Shown here in pieces: positions 27,824-38,752 of a DNA stretch of 64,000 nucleotides. Numbering within the stretch: the stretch's first letter is position 1; every line of letters begins with the position of its first letter. A program made the translations under genes and the position numbers. Source of the DNA: Anaerolineae bacterium (GTDB taxonomy: Bacteria; Chloroflexota; Anaerolineae; B4-G1; SLSP01); assembly GCA_035347995.1 (NCBI GenBank), contig DAOPQD010000005.1, positions 6,433-70,432 of the forward strand, given 5' to 3'. The notes below the pieces were generated by a model. The model was not told the DNA's origin and made no database searches. It saw only the letters and a list, made by a program, of their open reading frames with translations.

Positions 27824-27876
27824 AGAGCCGTGAGTCGAGAGCCGTCACAACCTCTGCTCATGGCTCTCACGTTTTT
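27824..27876 (+). terminator. Rho-independent terminator after the 26715-27767 gene
   Basis: Stem gagagccgtgag...ctcatggctctc (with one G·U pair) followed by acgttttt. Confidence 0.6.
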
Positions 27877-28044
27877 ATTCCCTGTGGGGTGCCGCAGGAA
27901 TATCTCAACTCCTCAAAGGATAAAAACGACCATTCCCAAAGCAATCTGCGCCGCCGTGAAACATATCCGCGTGAAAACGCGTCTTGCACAAACTGCAAAA
28001 AGTGGTAAATTGTATCGGAATACACACTCTGGCGGCGATACACC

Positions 28045-29094
28045 ATGGATCATCCAACCTGGACGCGACGGGAGTTCTTACAGCTGGGGCTGGGCGCGCT
28101 GACAGCGCTGCTCACGCCGCCCTTTCTGCCGGATGACGCTAACCTGCTGACGCACTGGCTGAGTAAGAAAGCGGCCATGCTGCCCGGCGCCGAGCCGCCG
28201 CCCGCCACACTAGGCCGCATCATCAGCTGGTATCAACAGGCCGTGCGGCAGGAACCCTCGCCCAACGCTCCGCTGGTCACCTGGAAGAGCCATGACACCG
28301 TCATCCCGCTCTACAGCGCCGTTGCCGGCGACCCGCCCTGGCCTACCAACCCCATCTGGTATCAGACCGAGGAAGGCTACATTCACAGCGGCTTCGTCCA
28401 GCCCGTGGAAAACGACCGCCAGACAGAGGTGCTCACCGACATCGCCCCGCCCGGTTTTTGGGCCGAAGTGTGCGTCCCCTACGCCGAGGCCCGGCAGCAG
28501 CCCGGCGGCTCTTATGTGCTCCGTCGGCTCTACTACCAGACCGTGTACCGCGTCATCGCGGCGACGCGCGACGCCGCCGGCGAATGGTGGTATCGCCTTC
28601 AGGAAGGCATCACCTGGTCCCCGGGGCCGTATGTCCCCTTCTGGTCAGTACGACGGATTGCGCCCACGGAGCTGACGCCCATCTCGCCGGGGCAACCCGA
28701 CAAATGGATCCAGATTGACATCCGCAATCAGATGCTCACCTGTTATGAGGGCGACCGGGCCGTATTCAGCACCGCCGTCGCCTCGGGGACGGCCAGAACG
28801 CCCACGCCCTTGGGCGAATTCCGCATCCTCTACAAACGCCACACCCGGCGCATGGTCGGCGAGGATTATGATCTTACCGGCGTGCCCTTTCCGACGTACT
28901 TCACCCGCAGCGGCGTTGCCATCCACGGCACCTACTGGCACAACGATTACGGACGGCGCTACAGTCATGGCTGCCTCAACGTTCCCAGCCGCGCCGCGAT
29001 GTGGGTTTTCCGGTGGACCGATCCCCAGGTCCCCTATGACCTGGAGACGATGGACGCACCCCCCAACACTGGCACACGGGTGGTAGTGAGCTAA
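28045..29094 (+). CDS. L,D-transpeptidase (YkuD domain) with a Tat-type signal peptide
   Basis: N-terminus TRREFLQLGLGALTA; catalytic HGCLN motif in YSHGCLNVPSRAAMWVF. Confidence 0.8.
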   Translation: MDHPTWTRREFLQLGLGALTALLTPPFLPDDANLLTHWLSKKAAMLPGAEPPPATLGRIISWYQQAVRQEPSPNAPLVTWKSHDTVIPLYSAVAGDPPWPTNPIWYQTEEGYIHSGFVQPVENDRQTEVLTDIAPPGFWAEVCVPYAEARQQPGGSYVLRRLYYQTVYRVIAATRDAAGEWWYRLQEGITWSPGPYVPFWSVRRIAPTELTPISPGQPDKWIQIDIRNQMLTCYEGDRAVFSTAVASGTARTPTPLGEFRILYKRHTRRMVGEDYDLTGVPFPTYFTRSGVAIHGTYWHNDYGRRYSHGCLNVPSRAAMWVFRWTDPQVPYDLETMDAPPNTGTRVVVS

Positions 29095-29549
29095 TGCCGC
29101 CCGACGCCGCGCGTGACACAGAGGACGGGGGGATTGAACGCGAAAGCGCCCGCGCTTCCTCAGCCGGGACCATGCACCGGCTAGGACGAGCGCGCTTCCA
29201 GCAATTCGTCGTCGAGGCTTTCGAAGCGCTGCCCGCGACATTCCGCGAAAAACTGGAAAACGTGGAAATTGTTGTGGAAGGGTGGCCCGATGCGGAGACA
29301 TTGCGCCAGGCGCACGTCAGTCAGCCGATAGGATTGCTGGGCTTCTATCATGGCGTGCCGCAGACGCGCCGTACTCACCATTACGGGCTGGTGCTGCCCG
29401 ACAAAATCAGCCTGTACTTCTATCCCATCGTCCTGCGTTGCGTCAGCGAGGACGAGGTGCGTGACCTGGTGCAGCACGTGCTGTACCACGAGATCGCACA
29501 TCATTTCGGCATTGATGACGACCGCCTCCAGGAGCTCGGCGCTTACTGA
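29094..29549 (+). CDS. zincin-like metallopeptidase family protein (HExxH)
   Basis: 151-aa ORF with YHEIAHHFG near the C-terminus. Confidence 0.55.
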   Translation: MPPDAARDTEDGGIERESARASSAGTMHRLGRARFQQFVVEAFEALPATFREKLENVEIVVEGWPDAETLRQAHVSQPIGLLGFYHGVPQTRRTHHYGLVLPDKISLYFYPIVLRCVSEDEVRDLVQHVLYHEIAHHFGIDDDRLQELGAY

Positions 29550-29601
29550 GACGGCTTGCGGCTCACGGAGGCACACGAACACCCCGTGATGATTTTCCCC
29601 T

Positions 29602-30561
29602 CTAATGGCCAGATGCGGACGCCGGCTCTGCCTCAAGCCCGATCTCGGCCAGAAAAGCCCCCAACTCGCGGTCGTAGGCTTCCGGGTCCGTCGCCAAAGA
29701 CTGCGCATGGTCCGCGCCGGGCGCCAGGTACAGCCGCTTGACGCCGGGTTTGCGCTTGAAAAGCGCCTCGCTGGCTGCCGGCGGGATGTAAGCATCCTCC
29801 GCGCCGTGGATGAATAGGATCGGCGTCTCCACCTGCCCGATGACAGCAATGGGCGAAGCCTGGCCAAAAAACCAGCCGGCGCGCAGCCACGTGATCAGGC
29901 TGGCGAGCGGCAACAACGGCCATGCCGGCAGGTGATATTCCACTTTGAGGCGATAGGCGAACTGCTCGCGCGCGCTGGCATACGGACAATCCGCCACGGC
30001 GAAGGCGATGCGCGGATCTATCGCCGCATGTTGGAGCACCGTCGCCGCTCCCATGGATTCGCCGTGCGTGCCGATCACGCCCTCCGCCCCACAGCGCGTT
30101 ATCACCCAATCCACACACGCTTTGAGATCGTCCTTCTCGTAGAAGCCAAAGGAAGTGTTGCGGCCGCCGCTGCCGCCGTGATGGCGATGATCGTACAGGA
30201 GCACGTTGTAGCCGCGACGGTAGAAGAGCACCGCATACTTCACCGAGCCGTAAAGCGTCCAGGTGATGCCGTGCGCCAGGATGACCGTGCGCCTCGAGCC
30301 TGGGACGGGCGCGTAGAGCGCATGGAGCTCATAGCCGTGGGGCGAGGGGATCCACACCTCCTCTCGGGGCCAGCTGCCGAAGCCTTCCGGGGTGATACTC
30401 CCGTGTTCCACTTCCCAATCGTAGCTGTATTCCAGAGAATGCGTGCGCGGGAAAATGACGACGCCAGAAAAAAATCTGGCGGCGAAAATCACCAATCCCA
30501 CCAACACCCCCAGAACGATCCATAGCCCCATAGGCTCACTCCAACCGATGAAAGATGGCAT
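29602..30561 (-). CDS. membrane-anchored alpha/beta hydrolase/esterase
   Basis: 319-aa ORF with an N-terminal TM segment and a GESMGA nucleophile elbow. Confidence 0.7.
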   Translation of the reverse strand: MPSFIGWSEPMGLWIVLGVLVGLVIFAARFFSGVVIFPRTHSLEYSYDWEVEHGSITPEGFGSWPREEVWIPSPHGYELHALYAPVPGSRRTVILAHGITWTLYGSVKYAVLFYRRGYNVLLYDHRHHGGSGGRNTSFGFYEKDDLKACVDWVITRCGAEGVIGTHGESMGAATVLQHAAIDPRIAFAVADCPYASAREQFAYRLKVEYHLPAWPLLPLASLITWLRAGWFFGQASPIAVIGQVETPILFIHGAEDAYIPPAASEALFKRKPGVKRLYLAPGADHAQSLATDPEAYDRELGAFLAEIGLEAEPASASGH

Positions 30562-30636
30562 TCAAAAACGCCGTTTTGCGTCCTCGCCCTTGCCGCGCGG
30601 CTTCACACCGGGCTTCCGCCGCTGCCGGCGCTCGCG

Positions 30637-31071
30637 CTACGCGGACGACATCAAATAGATGGCGACAAGCGACAGCCCCAGGCCCACAAACTGCTTGGGG
30701 GTGATCGGCTCTTCGAGGGTGAGAGCCGCCAGCAACACCGTGATGACGGGATACATCGCCGTGAGCGGGATCACCACCGAAGTCTGCCCCTTGTTCACGG
30801 CCATGAGCATGAAGAGGGTCCCCACCGTGCCCGCGACACCGGTCAGCACTGAAAACAACACGCCGCGCGGGTGAAAGGTCAGCCGCACCTCCAGCACGGC
30901 CAACAACACGATGCTGGAAAGCAGGGTGCCGAGGTTCTGATACAGCAACGCTGTTCGCGGTTCCAGATGTTGCGTCGCCAGTTTAGGGAAATATCCCCAG
31001 AAGCCAAAGGTGAAGGTGGCCAGCAGCGCCCAAGTGACCCAGGAAGGCATGAGCCCTTCACTCCCCGGCAT
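30637..31071 (-). CDS. EamA-like small DMT-family transporter
   Basis: 144-aa ORF with 4 predicted TM helices and an EamA-like pattern. Confidence 0.6.
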   Translation of the reverse strand: MPGSEGLMPSWVTWALLATFTFGFWGYFPKLATQHLEPRTALLYQNLGTLLSSIVLLAVLEVRLTFHPRGVLFSVLTGVAGTVGTLFMLMAVNKGQTSVVIPLTAMYPVITVLLAALTLEEPITPKQFVGLGLSLVAIYLMSSA

Positions 31072-31618
31072 ACACGAAGTTGTTGTCGGCCTCGGCCAGC
31101 AACGGCTGACGCGCGTCCTTGGCGGAGAGCAGCGGCTCGGCGACAGGCCATCGCACGCCGATAGCGGGATCGTTCCACAAAATGCCGCGATCCAGCGCCT
31201 GGACGTATTCCGCCGTCGCCTGATAGATCACGTCCACCTCCGCGCTGAGCACACAGAAGCCATGCGCGAAGCCCGCCGGAAGATACAGCAGGCGATGGTT
31301 CTCCGCCGAGAGGGTCTCGCCTACCCACTGTCCATACGTTGGAGAGCCGCGCCGAATGTCCACGGCCACATCGTAGATTTCGCCCCGCACCACCGTGACC
31401 AGCTTGCCCTGGGCGGCGGGCTGCTTCTGAAAGTGCAGGCCGCGCAGCACGGCGTGGGTAGAATGGGAATGATTCGTCTGCACAAAGGGCGGGAATCCCG
31501 CCTCCGTGAATTCCGACAGACGATAGGTCTCCAGAAAGAAACCGCGCTCATCGGTAAAAGTCCGCGGCTCGACGAGAATGACCTCGGAAAGGGCAAGCGG
31601 AATAAATTTGAAAGGCAT
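31058..31618 (-). CDS. rmlC: dTDP-4-dehydrorhamnose 3,5-epimerase. The start is placed at MPFKF rather than the longer upstream ORF.
   Basis: FLETYRLSEF...LRGLHFQ...KLVTVVRGEIYDVAVDIR...YLPAGFAHGF. Confidence 0.85.
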   Translation of the reverse strand: MPFKFIPLALSEVILVEPRTFTDERGFFLETYRLSEFTEAGFPPFVQTNHSHSTHAVLRGLHFQKQPAAQGKLVTVVRGEIYDVAVDIRRGSPTYGQWVGETLSAENHRLLYLPAGFAHGFCVLSAEVDVIYQATAEYVQALDRGILWNDPAIGVRWPVAEPLLSAKDARQPLLAEADNNFVYAGE

Positions 31619-31656
31619 GACGTTGCTCCTGAAAGAAATTTCCATAGGATGAGGGA

Positions 31657-32703
31657 TCACGCACCCGGCACGTGCCGCCGTACCAGACGCGCCAGCCGCA
31701 AGGCCCAAGGATACAGGGGACTGAGCGACTTCTCCCACAGCCCCACAAAGCGCACGATCCGTCCGCCGAAACCGCGCTTGAAACGGTAGACGCCCCACAA
31801 GCCGTCGTTGCGCGTCGCAAATTCCGCCTCGAGCGTTTCCTCATCGGCGTCGGGGATGCCCCACAAATCATAAGTCGTGCAGCCACGGCGCCGCGCCCAC
31901 CGCATGGCTTCCCATTGCAGGGCATACGTCGGCATCCATTCCCGGCAACGCTCCGAAGAGGCGCCGTAGAAGTACCAGGCCTTCGCGCCCCAGGCAAAGA
32001 CCATCAGCGCGGCGACCGTCTCACCCGCAACGTCGGCCAGCAGCAGCGCCGCCTGCCCCACGGGCTGAAATTGCTCCAGGGCGCGCCGATAATACGCCTC
32101 GCTGTGAATGGCGAAACCGTCGCGCTGCCCCGTTTCCACCATCAGCCGATAAAAGGCGGGGAGCTCCTCCGGACCGCCCTCGCGCACGGCGACACCCTTG
32201 CGCGCCGCTAGCCGGATGTTGTAGCGCGTCTTCTGCTTCATCTGCGCGAGGAGCGCCTCCTCGTCGCTGGCGAGGTCCACCACGATCGTCTGTCGCGGTT
32301 GGATCGTGCGCGCGGCGGGCCGATAGCCCAACGACGCGAGCAGGGCGCGACTGGCAGGATCATCGGGCAGCTCCGGCTCCAGCCACAGCGCCAACGCCCG
32401 TTTGCGGCGCGCTGTCCGTTCCACGGCCTGCACGAGCTCCCGCACCGGCGCTGCAGCGCGCCACTCCACCACGGGGCCGCGCGGCACATAGGCCAGCGTC
32501 GCCGCCTGGCTCAAGGCCCAGCGGCGGGTGAGCAACAGCGCTCCCCCCGCCAGCTGCTCCGCGCTTCCCAACGTCACCAGCTGCGAGTCCCAATCGAAGG
32601 CGGACTTCAACGCCCCCCAGCGCGAGGTCTGCAGCACCGTCCCATAGGGATGACGCGCCACCCACTGATCCCAGACTTCCGGCACGACGGGCGCAGGCGT
32701 CAC
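31657..32703 (-). CDS. FemAB-family peptidyltransferase (peptidoglycan interpeptide bridge formation type). A GTG start overlaps the stop of the upstream methyltransferase gene (GTGA).
   Basis: Conserved FemAB-like blocks VLQTSRWG, QMKQKTRYNIRLAARKG, FYGASS, GIPDADEE...YRFKRGFGG. Confidence 0.6.
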   Translation of the reverse strand: MTPAPVVPEVWDQWVARHPYGTVLQTSRWGALKSAFDWDSQLVTLGSAEQLAGGALLLTRRWALSQAATLAYVPRGPVVEWRAAAPVRELVQAVERTARRKRALALWLEPELPDDPASRALLASLGYRPAARTIQPRQTIVVDLASDEEALLAQMKQKTRYNIRLAARKGVAVREGGPEELPAFYRLMVETGQRDGFAIHSEAYYRRALEQFQPVGQAALLLADVAGETVAALMVFAWGAKAWYFYGASSERCREWMPTYALQWEAMRWARRRGCTTYDLWGIPDADEETLEAEFATRNDGLWGVYRFKRGFGGRIVRFVGLWEKSLSPLYPWALRLARLVRRHVPGA

Positions 32704-33590
32704 ACTTTTTCCCCCACCACCAACAAGCCAGCGCCCACCCCGCCTTCCGGGACATCCATCTCGTAGGCGCGACGCCAGCTCCGGCTCAGGCGACGTACCA
32801 CTTCGCGCCGGAGGAGGGGCTGAAATCCCAGCCACCGCAGTCGCGGCGATGCCAGCCAGTGATACAAGGGACGCCGGGGCTCAGTAATGCCAAAATCGGC
32901 GTTGCTCTTGTCCCACATGGCCGCGACGCTCGCCGGCAGGTAATAACGCGCGGCGAGCAAGCGGATGCCCGCCCGCTCCAGCAACGCCGCCCATTCCTGG
33001 GGAGAATGGTAGTGATAATGCTCCAGCCGCTCGTCAATGTGTCGCGCATACAGTTCCGCCCCGTCGAAATCGCCCACTGCCGCGCAGTTCCGATAACCGG
33101 ACAGTAAGCGACGGAAAGCATCGCTCGGCACGGTAGTGATGAAACGCCCCCCCGGCCGCAACACCCGGCCGCTCTCCTGCAGCACCGGCTCCACATCAGG
33201 GATATGTTCCAGCACCGAATTGCTGAAGACGGTACCGAAACTGCCGCTGCGATAGGGCATGGCGTTTCCATACGCCTGCTGCACGCTGACGTATCTGCCG
33301 CTGGCAGCTCCCTGCCGCAGCTGTTCCCACCAGGGATCGAAGCCCGCCTCAAGCGGCGCTTCGCCATCGAAAAGCACGCTAGCGATCAGGCCATCGCCGC
33401 AACCCAGGTCGAGAATCGGCCGCAGGAAGGATTCGCACGCGAGGGTGCGCAGTTCCACCGAACGCCACAGCGCCACGGGCGGCGCGAACCAGTATGCCTC
33501 CAACAGCCGGGTCAGATAATCACGATTAGGAACTGGCATACATTCCTTCCTGGAAGAGGCTTCAAAAGCGCCTGGCGAAATGGAAAACAC
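32700..33590 (-). CDS. class I SAM-dependent methyltransferase
   Basis: Motif I ILDLGCGDG and a Methyltransf_11-like downstream region GGRFITTVP. Confidence 0.7.
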   Translation of the reverse strand: MFSISPGAFEASSRKECMPVPNRDYLTRLLEAYWFAPPVALWRSVELRTLACESFLRPILDLGCGDGLIASVLFDGEAPLEAGFDPWWEQLRQGAASGRYVSVQQAYGNAMPYRSGSFGTVFSNSVLEHIPDVEPVLQESGRVLRPGGRFITTVPSDAFRRLLSGYRNCAAVGDFDGAELYARHIDERLEHYHYHSPQEWAALLERAGIRLLAARYYLPASVAAMWDKSNADFGITEPRRPLYHWLASPRLRWLGFQPLLRREVVRRLSRSWRRAYEMDVPEGGVGAGLLVVGEKV

Positions 33591-33612
33591 GCCCCCTTTG
33601 GGGCAGCAGAGC

Positions 33613-33918
33613 TCAAAGCTCGTGCTGATTGATGAGGCGGGTCAGCTCGTCGGCGTGCACGTAATGGGTCACGGTGATGGATTGCTGGCGCACGCCGGGA
33701 ACGCTGCCTACGGCCTGTTTGATGTCGGCTGCCAGGCTCAACGCCAGCGGGCACAGCGGCGAGGAGGGCCGAAAGCTGTAGCTCACCCTGCCGGTCAGCT
33801 CGTCAACTTCGAGATCCTCCACCAGCTGCATCCGCAGCACGTCCACCCCTGTCTCCGGGTCAATCACTTCTACCAGCTTCAACAGGATTTGTTCCCGCAG
33901 CGTCGCTTCAAGATTCAT
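33613..33918 (-). CDS. DUF59/MIP18-family Fe-S cluster assembly protein
   Basis: 101-aa ORF ...IDPETGVDVLRMQLV...SPLCPLA... Confidence 0.65.
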   Translation of the reverse strand: MNLEATLREQILLKLVEVIDPETGVDVLRMQLVEDLEVDELTGRVSYSFRPSSPLCPLALSLAADIKQAVGSVPGVRQQSITVTHYVHADELTRLINQHEL

Positions 33919-34123
33919 GGCGCTTCATCCTTTGGCTAAATTAAGGCGTGCTCTGAATGGCCTTATTTTACCCCAAGTTGCAGGAATGCCTATCTCCAAA
34001 CTTTGATTGGACTTCCGCGCCATTTGTGGTACATTGGGGACGTTGGGCCGCACAACTGCATGAGCGCGGCCCTCTTTTATGGAAATCCATGGGAGACGCC
34101 ATGTGCTGGCGCACATCATCCAA

Positions 34124-34168
34124 GGATGAAAAGGTGAGTCGTGAGCAGCGACGGCGACGGCTCACGGG
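34124..34168 (+). promoter_or_regulatory. partial upstream duplicate (5' half only) of the conserved leader element, copy B1
   Basis: GGATGAAAAGGTGAGTCGTGAGC is identical over 23 nt to B2, then closes with gctcacgg. It is followed by the hairpins ggggatggaatcccc and agcgcgctgaagcgcgct + atttg. Confidence 0.5.
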
Positions 34169-34337
34169 TCGGCCGGGGATGGAATCCCCAGCCTGACAGG
34201 AGCCAAGCGCGCTGAAGCGCGCTATTTGAGGACGTAGCAGCCCGGGGGCCAGGAATTTCTGATCTGATGCGTGAAATTCGTGTTCATTCGGGGCCCATTT
34301 TCTGAGGAGTTAACATGTTCTTCCGGCACACCACCGA

Positions 34338-34427
34338 GGATGAAAAGGTGAGTCGTGAGCCGTGAACCGCGACTGCAACGACTCTCTACTCACGGCTCAC
34401 GGAGCTCTACTTGCTGAGGAGAAAACG
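34338..34427 (+). promoter_or_regulatory. conserved 5' leader element, copy B2, upstream of the PfkB kinase gene
   Basis: See copy A. The 12-nt distal strands gtgagtcgtgag (34348-34359) and ctcacggctcac (34389-34400) are perfectly complementary. In copy A the equivalent strands gtgagttatgag and ctcacgattcac pair 11/12 with G·U and compensated changes. Confidence 0.6.
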
Positions 34428-35381
34428 ATGCAAATCATCGTCACCGGCTCGATTGCGTTTGATTATCTGATGTCCTTTCCGGGGCATTTCACCGATCATC
34501 TGCTCATGGAGCGCGTCGGCAAGGTCAGCCTGAGTTTTCTGGTAGACGAGATGCGCCGCGTGCGCGGCGGCTGCGCTGCCAACATCGCCTATAATCTGGC
34601 ACTGCTGGGTGAGCGTCCCGCCATGATGGCGACCGCCGGACAGGACTTCGAAGACTATCGCAGCTGGCTTGAAGACCATGGCGTGGACACCCGCCTCACC
34701 CGCACCATCCCCGACGTTTTCACGGCGTCCTTCTTCGTCAACACCGACCTGGACCAAAACCAGATCGCTACTTTCTACACCGGCGCGATGGCGTATGCCC
34801 GGGAACTCTCGTTCCACGATTTGAAACCACGCCCCGATATGGTCATCCTCTCGCCCAACGACCCCATCGCCATGGACAAGTACGCCGTGGAGTGTAAGAC
34901 GCTCGGCATTCCCTACATCTACGATCCGGGACAACAAGTGGTGCGCGTCGGCGCTGATTCACTCTGTCTGGGACTGGAGGGCGCGGACATCCTCATCCTC
35001 AACGACTACGAATTCGAATTGCTCAAGACCCGCACGGGCCTCACGGATGCGCAAATTCGCGCCGCCGTCAAGCAAGCAGTCATCATCACCCGCGGCGCGG
35101 ATGGCTCCGAAATCTGGAGCGACCGCCGCGTCACGGTGCCCGTCGTCCCTCCCCAGCAGATCGCCGATCCGACCGGCGTGGGCGATGCCTATCGCGCGGG
35201 GCTCCTCAAGGGATTGGCGCTCGGGCTTCCCTGGGAGGTCTGTGGACGCATCGGCGCGCTTGCGGCGACCTACACGCTGGAATGCGTCGGACCGCAGAGC
35301 CAGCATTACACCCTGGCGGAGTTCAAGACGCGGTACCAGGAGCATTTTGGGGAAGATACATTTACGGAGAAGATTGGGTAA
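34428..35381 (+). CDS. PfkB-family carbohydrate/nucleoside kinase (adenosine kinase-like)
   Basis: IVTGSIAFDYLMSFPG...GGCAANIAYNLALLG...ITRGADGS...DPTGVGDAYRAG. Confidence 0.8.
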   Translation: MQIIVTGSIAFDYLMSFPGHFTDHLLMERVGKVSLSFLVDEMRRVRGGCAANIAYNLALLGERPAMMATAGQDFEDYRSWLEDHGVDTRLTRTIPDVFTASFFVNTDLDQNQIATFYTGAMAYARELSFHDLKPRPDMVILSPNDPIAMDKYAVECKTLGIPYIYDPGQQVVRVGADSLCLGLEGADILILNDYEFELLKTRTGLTDAQIRAAVKQAVIITRGADGSEIWSDRRVTVPVVPPQQIADPTGVGDAYRAGLLKGLALGLPWEVCGRIGALAATYTLECVGPQSQHYTLAEFKTRYQEHFGEDTFTEKIG

Positions 35382-35449
35382 AGCATAATGCGTGATACGT
35401 AACATTCATCAAATATAAGAGATGTCATGTGTTAGCGTATACTATCAAG

Positions 35450-36789
<1,340 letters not shown>

Positions 36790-36812
36790 GTCCTCCCCGC
36801 ATGAATCAGTGC

Positions 36813-36849
36813 AGCCCCCGAAGCGTCTCCCGTGCTTCGGGGGCTTTTG
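36813..36849 (+). terminator. Rho-independent terminator after ahcY
   Basis: Stem agcccccgaagc...gcttcgggggct followed by tttg. Confidence 0.75.
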
Positions 36850-36943
36850 TGTGCGCGCCCCGTTCCCTAAGCGGCAAGAGAGCCGGACGCCCCTCACGGC
36901 CTGAACAAAGATCACAGATCAGTCAAAATCCTATATTTGCTTA

Positions 36944-36973
36944 TTGACAATACTGTGTGATATATTGTATAAT
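36944..36973 (+). promoter_or_regulatory. candidate promoter TTGACA-18 nt-TATAAT for the padR-like gene
   Basis: Read directly: ttgacaatactgtgtgatatattgtataat. Confidence 0.45.
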
Positions 36974-37002
36974 ACAAAGTACAGCAAGAGAGGAGACACG
37001 CC

Positions 37003-37335
37003 ATGGAGGAAATCATCCAAAATCTGATTCTGGAACTGCGGCGAGGGACGCTCATCCTCAGCGTGCTCAGCCAGCTGCGCGAGCGGCAATACGGCTACGC
37101 GCTCAAAGAGCGGCTCGTGGAACAAGGGGTGGAAATTGATCAGGGGACGCTCTATCCCCTCCTACGTCGGCTAGAAAAGCAAGGGCTGCTGGATAGTGAG
37201 TGGGACGTGAGCGAAGCGCGTCCGAGGCGCTATTACGTCCTCAGCGAGCAGGGGCGCGAGGTGCTGACGATCATGGTCGCCGAATGGCAACAGCTGGTCA
37301 GCGTCATGGAACAGGTGTTAGCGGCGGATAAGTAA
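37003..37335 (+). CDS. PadR-family transcriptional regulator
   Basis: 110-aa ORF ...YGYALKERL...QGTLYPLLRRLEKQGLL...RRYYVLSEQGRE. Confidence 0.85.
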   Translation: MEEIIQNLILELRRGTLILSVLSQLRERQYGYALKERLVEQGVEIDQGTLYPLLRRLEKQGLLDSEWDVSEARPRRYYVLSEQGREVLTIMVAEWQQLVSVMEQVLAADK

Positions 37336-37365
37336 AAGCTCACCCCGTGGACTGCCGCGAACGCG

Positions 37366-38046
37366 GTGACGGAGGCGCGGGCTCTATTTTCGAAGGAGAC
37401 GGCGCCAGAGTCCATTAACATTCTGGCAGTCTTCGGCGGACTCATCGTCCAGTACCTCGGCGCGGCGACCAGCGCCCTGGGATTCACGACGCTCATCTTC
37501 GCCATTCTGGAGCGGACGCTTTCCGAGGAAGATCTCACCGATCTCCAGGACGAGGAAAAATGGGATCCCCGCAAGCTGCCGCCGGTTGAGGATTCCAATC
37601 GCATCCAACCGGTGAGCATGGTCGCGGGCATCTGCTTCACCGTCCTGGCACTGTTGCTCTTCAACCTGTTTGCAGATCGGTTGGGCATCATCTACACCCA
37701 AACAGAGGGAGGATGGAAGGTCATCCCCGTGCTCAGCCCGGCAGCCATCAAAACCTTCCTGCCGCTGTGGAACCTCAGCTGGGTGCTGACGCTGGCGCTA
37801 GACGTGGCGGTCTTGCAACAACGGCGATGGAACACGACCACACGCTCGCTGGAGCTGGGGCTGAAAGGATTCACCCTCTACATCCTGGTGCGGATGTTTT
37901 CCGGCCCGGTGCTGGGGAAGCCGTTCGAGATGGAAGTGATCGAGCAAGTCCTGACGCAGGTGTATCGCTGGGCGCTGATCTTCGGCATCATCGGCACCGT
38001 CGTGGAGATCGCCCAATCCGGCTACCGGCTGATCCGCCAGCGCTGA
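37366..38046 (+). CDS. PadR-associated integral membrane protein, function unknown
   Basis: 226-aa ORF with several TM helices, 30 nt downstream of padR. Confidence 0.5.
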   Translation: MTEARALFSKETAPESINILAVFGGLIVQYLGAATSALGFTTLIFAILERTLSEEDLTDLQDEEKWDPRKLPPVEDSNRIQPVSMVAGICFTVLALLLFNLFADRLGIIYTQTEGGWKVIPVLSPAAIKTFLPLWNLSWVLTLALDVAVLQQRRWNTTTRSLELGLKGFTLYILVRMFSGPVLGKPFEMEVIEQVLTQVYRWALIFGIIGTVVEIAQSGYRLIRQR

Positions 38047-38114
38047 GCTGCCGAGAGGAGTGAGCAGTGCCGTCGGCTCACTCCTCTCTTCACATCTGTC
38101 CAACGGGAAGGGCT

Positions 38115-38657
38115 TTAGCGGCGCGTCCTCAGATAATGGGCATAGCGCTCACACGAACGCTCGATTTCCGCCTCCGCGACGGCGCGCCCTTCCCAACCCC
38201 GCGCCGTCGCCTTCACCCCCTGCAGGTCTTTGTAGACGGTGAAGAAATGCGCGACTTCTTCCAGAAAATGCGGCGGGATGTCCTTCAGCTCGCGGTAGAC
38301 GTCAAAAAGGGGATCGGTCGCGGGAACCGCCAGGATCTTGTCATCGTGCAGCTCGCCATCCAACATGCGGAAAATGCCCACCGGGCGGGCCTCGATGATC
38401 GCGCCGGAGGCCGTCGGCTCATTCGTCATCACCAACACGTCGGCGGGATCGCCGTCTTCGTACACGGTGCGCGGGATGAAACCGTAGTCTCCGGGATAGT
38501 GCAGCGAGGAGAACAGCACCCGATCTAGCTTGACGAACCCGCCTTCCAGGTCATAGACGAACTTGTTGCGCGAGCCCTTGGGGATCTCCACGACGACATA
38601 GACGACATCCAATCCTGCCCCGGGGCCGGGCGTTAATTCATGCCAGAGATTTGCCAT
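38115..38657 (-). CDS. ppa: inorganic pyrophosphatase, family I; start placed at MANLWHEL
   Basis: ...YVVVEIPKGSRNKFVYD...DGDPADVLV... and a GGAGG RBS 8 nt upstream of the chosen ATG. Confidence 0.85.
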   Translation of the reverse strand: MANLWHELTPGPGAGLDVVYVVVEIPKGSRNKFVYDLEGGFVKLDRVLFSSLHYPGDYGFIPRTVYEDGDPADVLVMTNEPTASGAIIEARPVGIFRMLDGELHDDKILAVPATDPLFDVYRELKDIPPHFLEEVAHFFTVYKDLQGVKATARGWEGRAVAEAEIERSCERYAHYLRTRR

Positions 38658-38752
38658 AGCCCATACCTCCACTCATGGCTCACAGATGGTCTCACTGATG
38701 CATCCAGCAGCGCTCTTCGCGGTGAATGCCGAGGCCCTTTCCCTCGCGCGCC

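Noticed and set aside
27824-27876. Possible extra member of the conserved leader family (shares gtgagtcgagagccgt)
   Set aside because: Only the gtgag-type stem words are shared; it lacks the GACTGCRAC / CTCTACTCAC core and the co-linear spacing, and it is better explained as the terminator of the upstream hydrolase gene. GTGAG/CTCAC words are common in this GC-rich genome (they are also seen in the ppa 5' UTR at 38660-38700).
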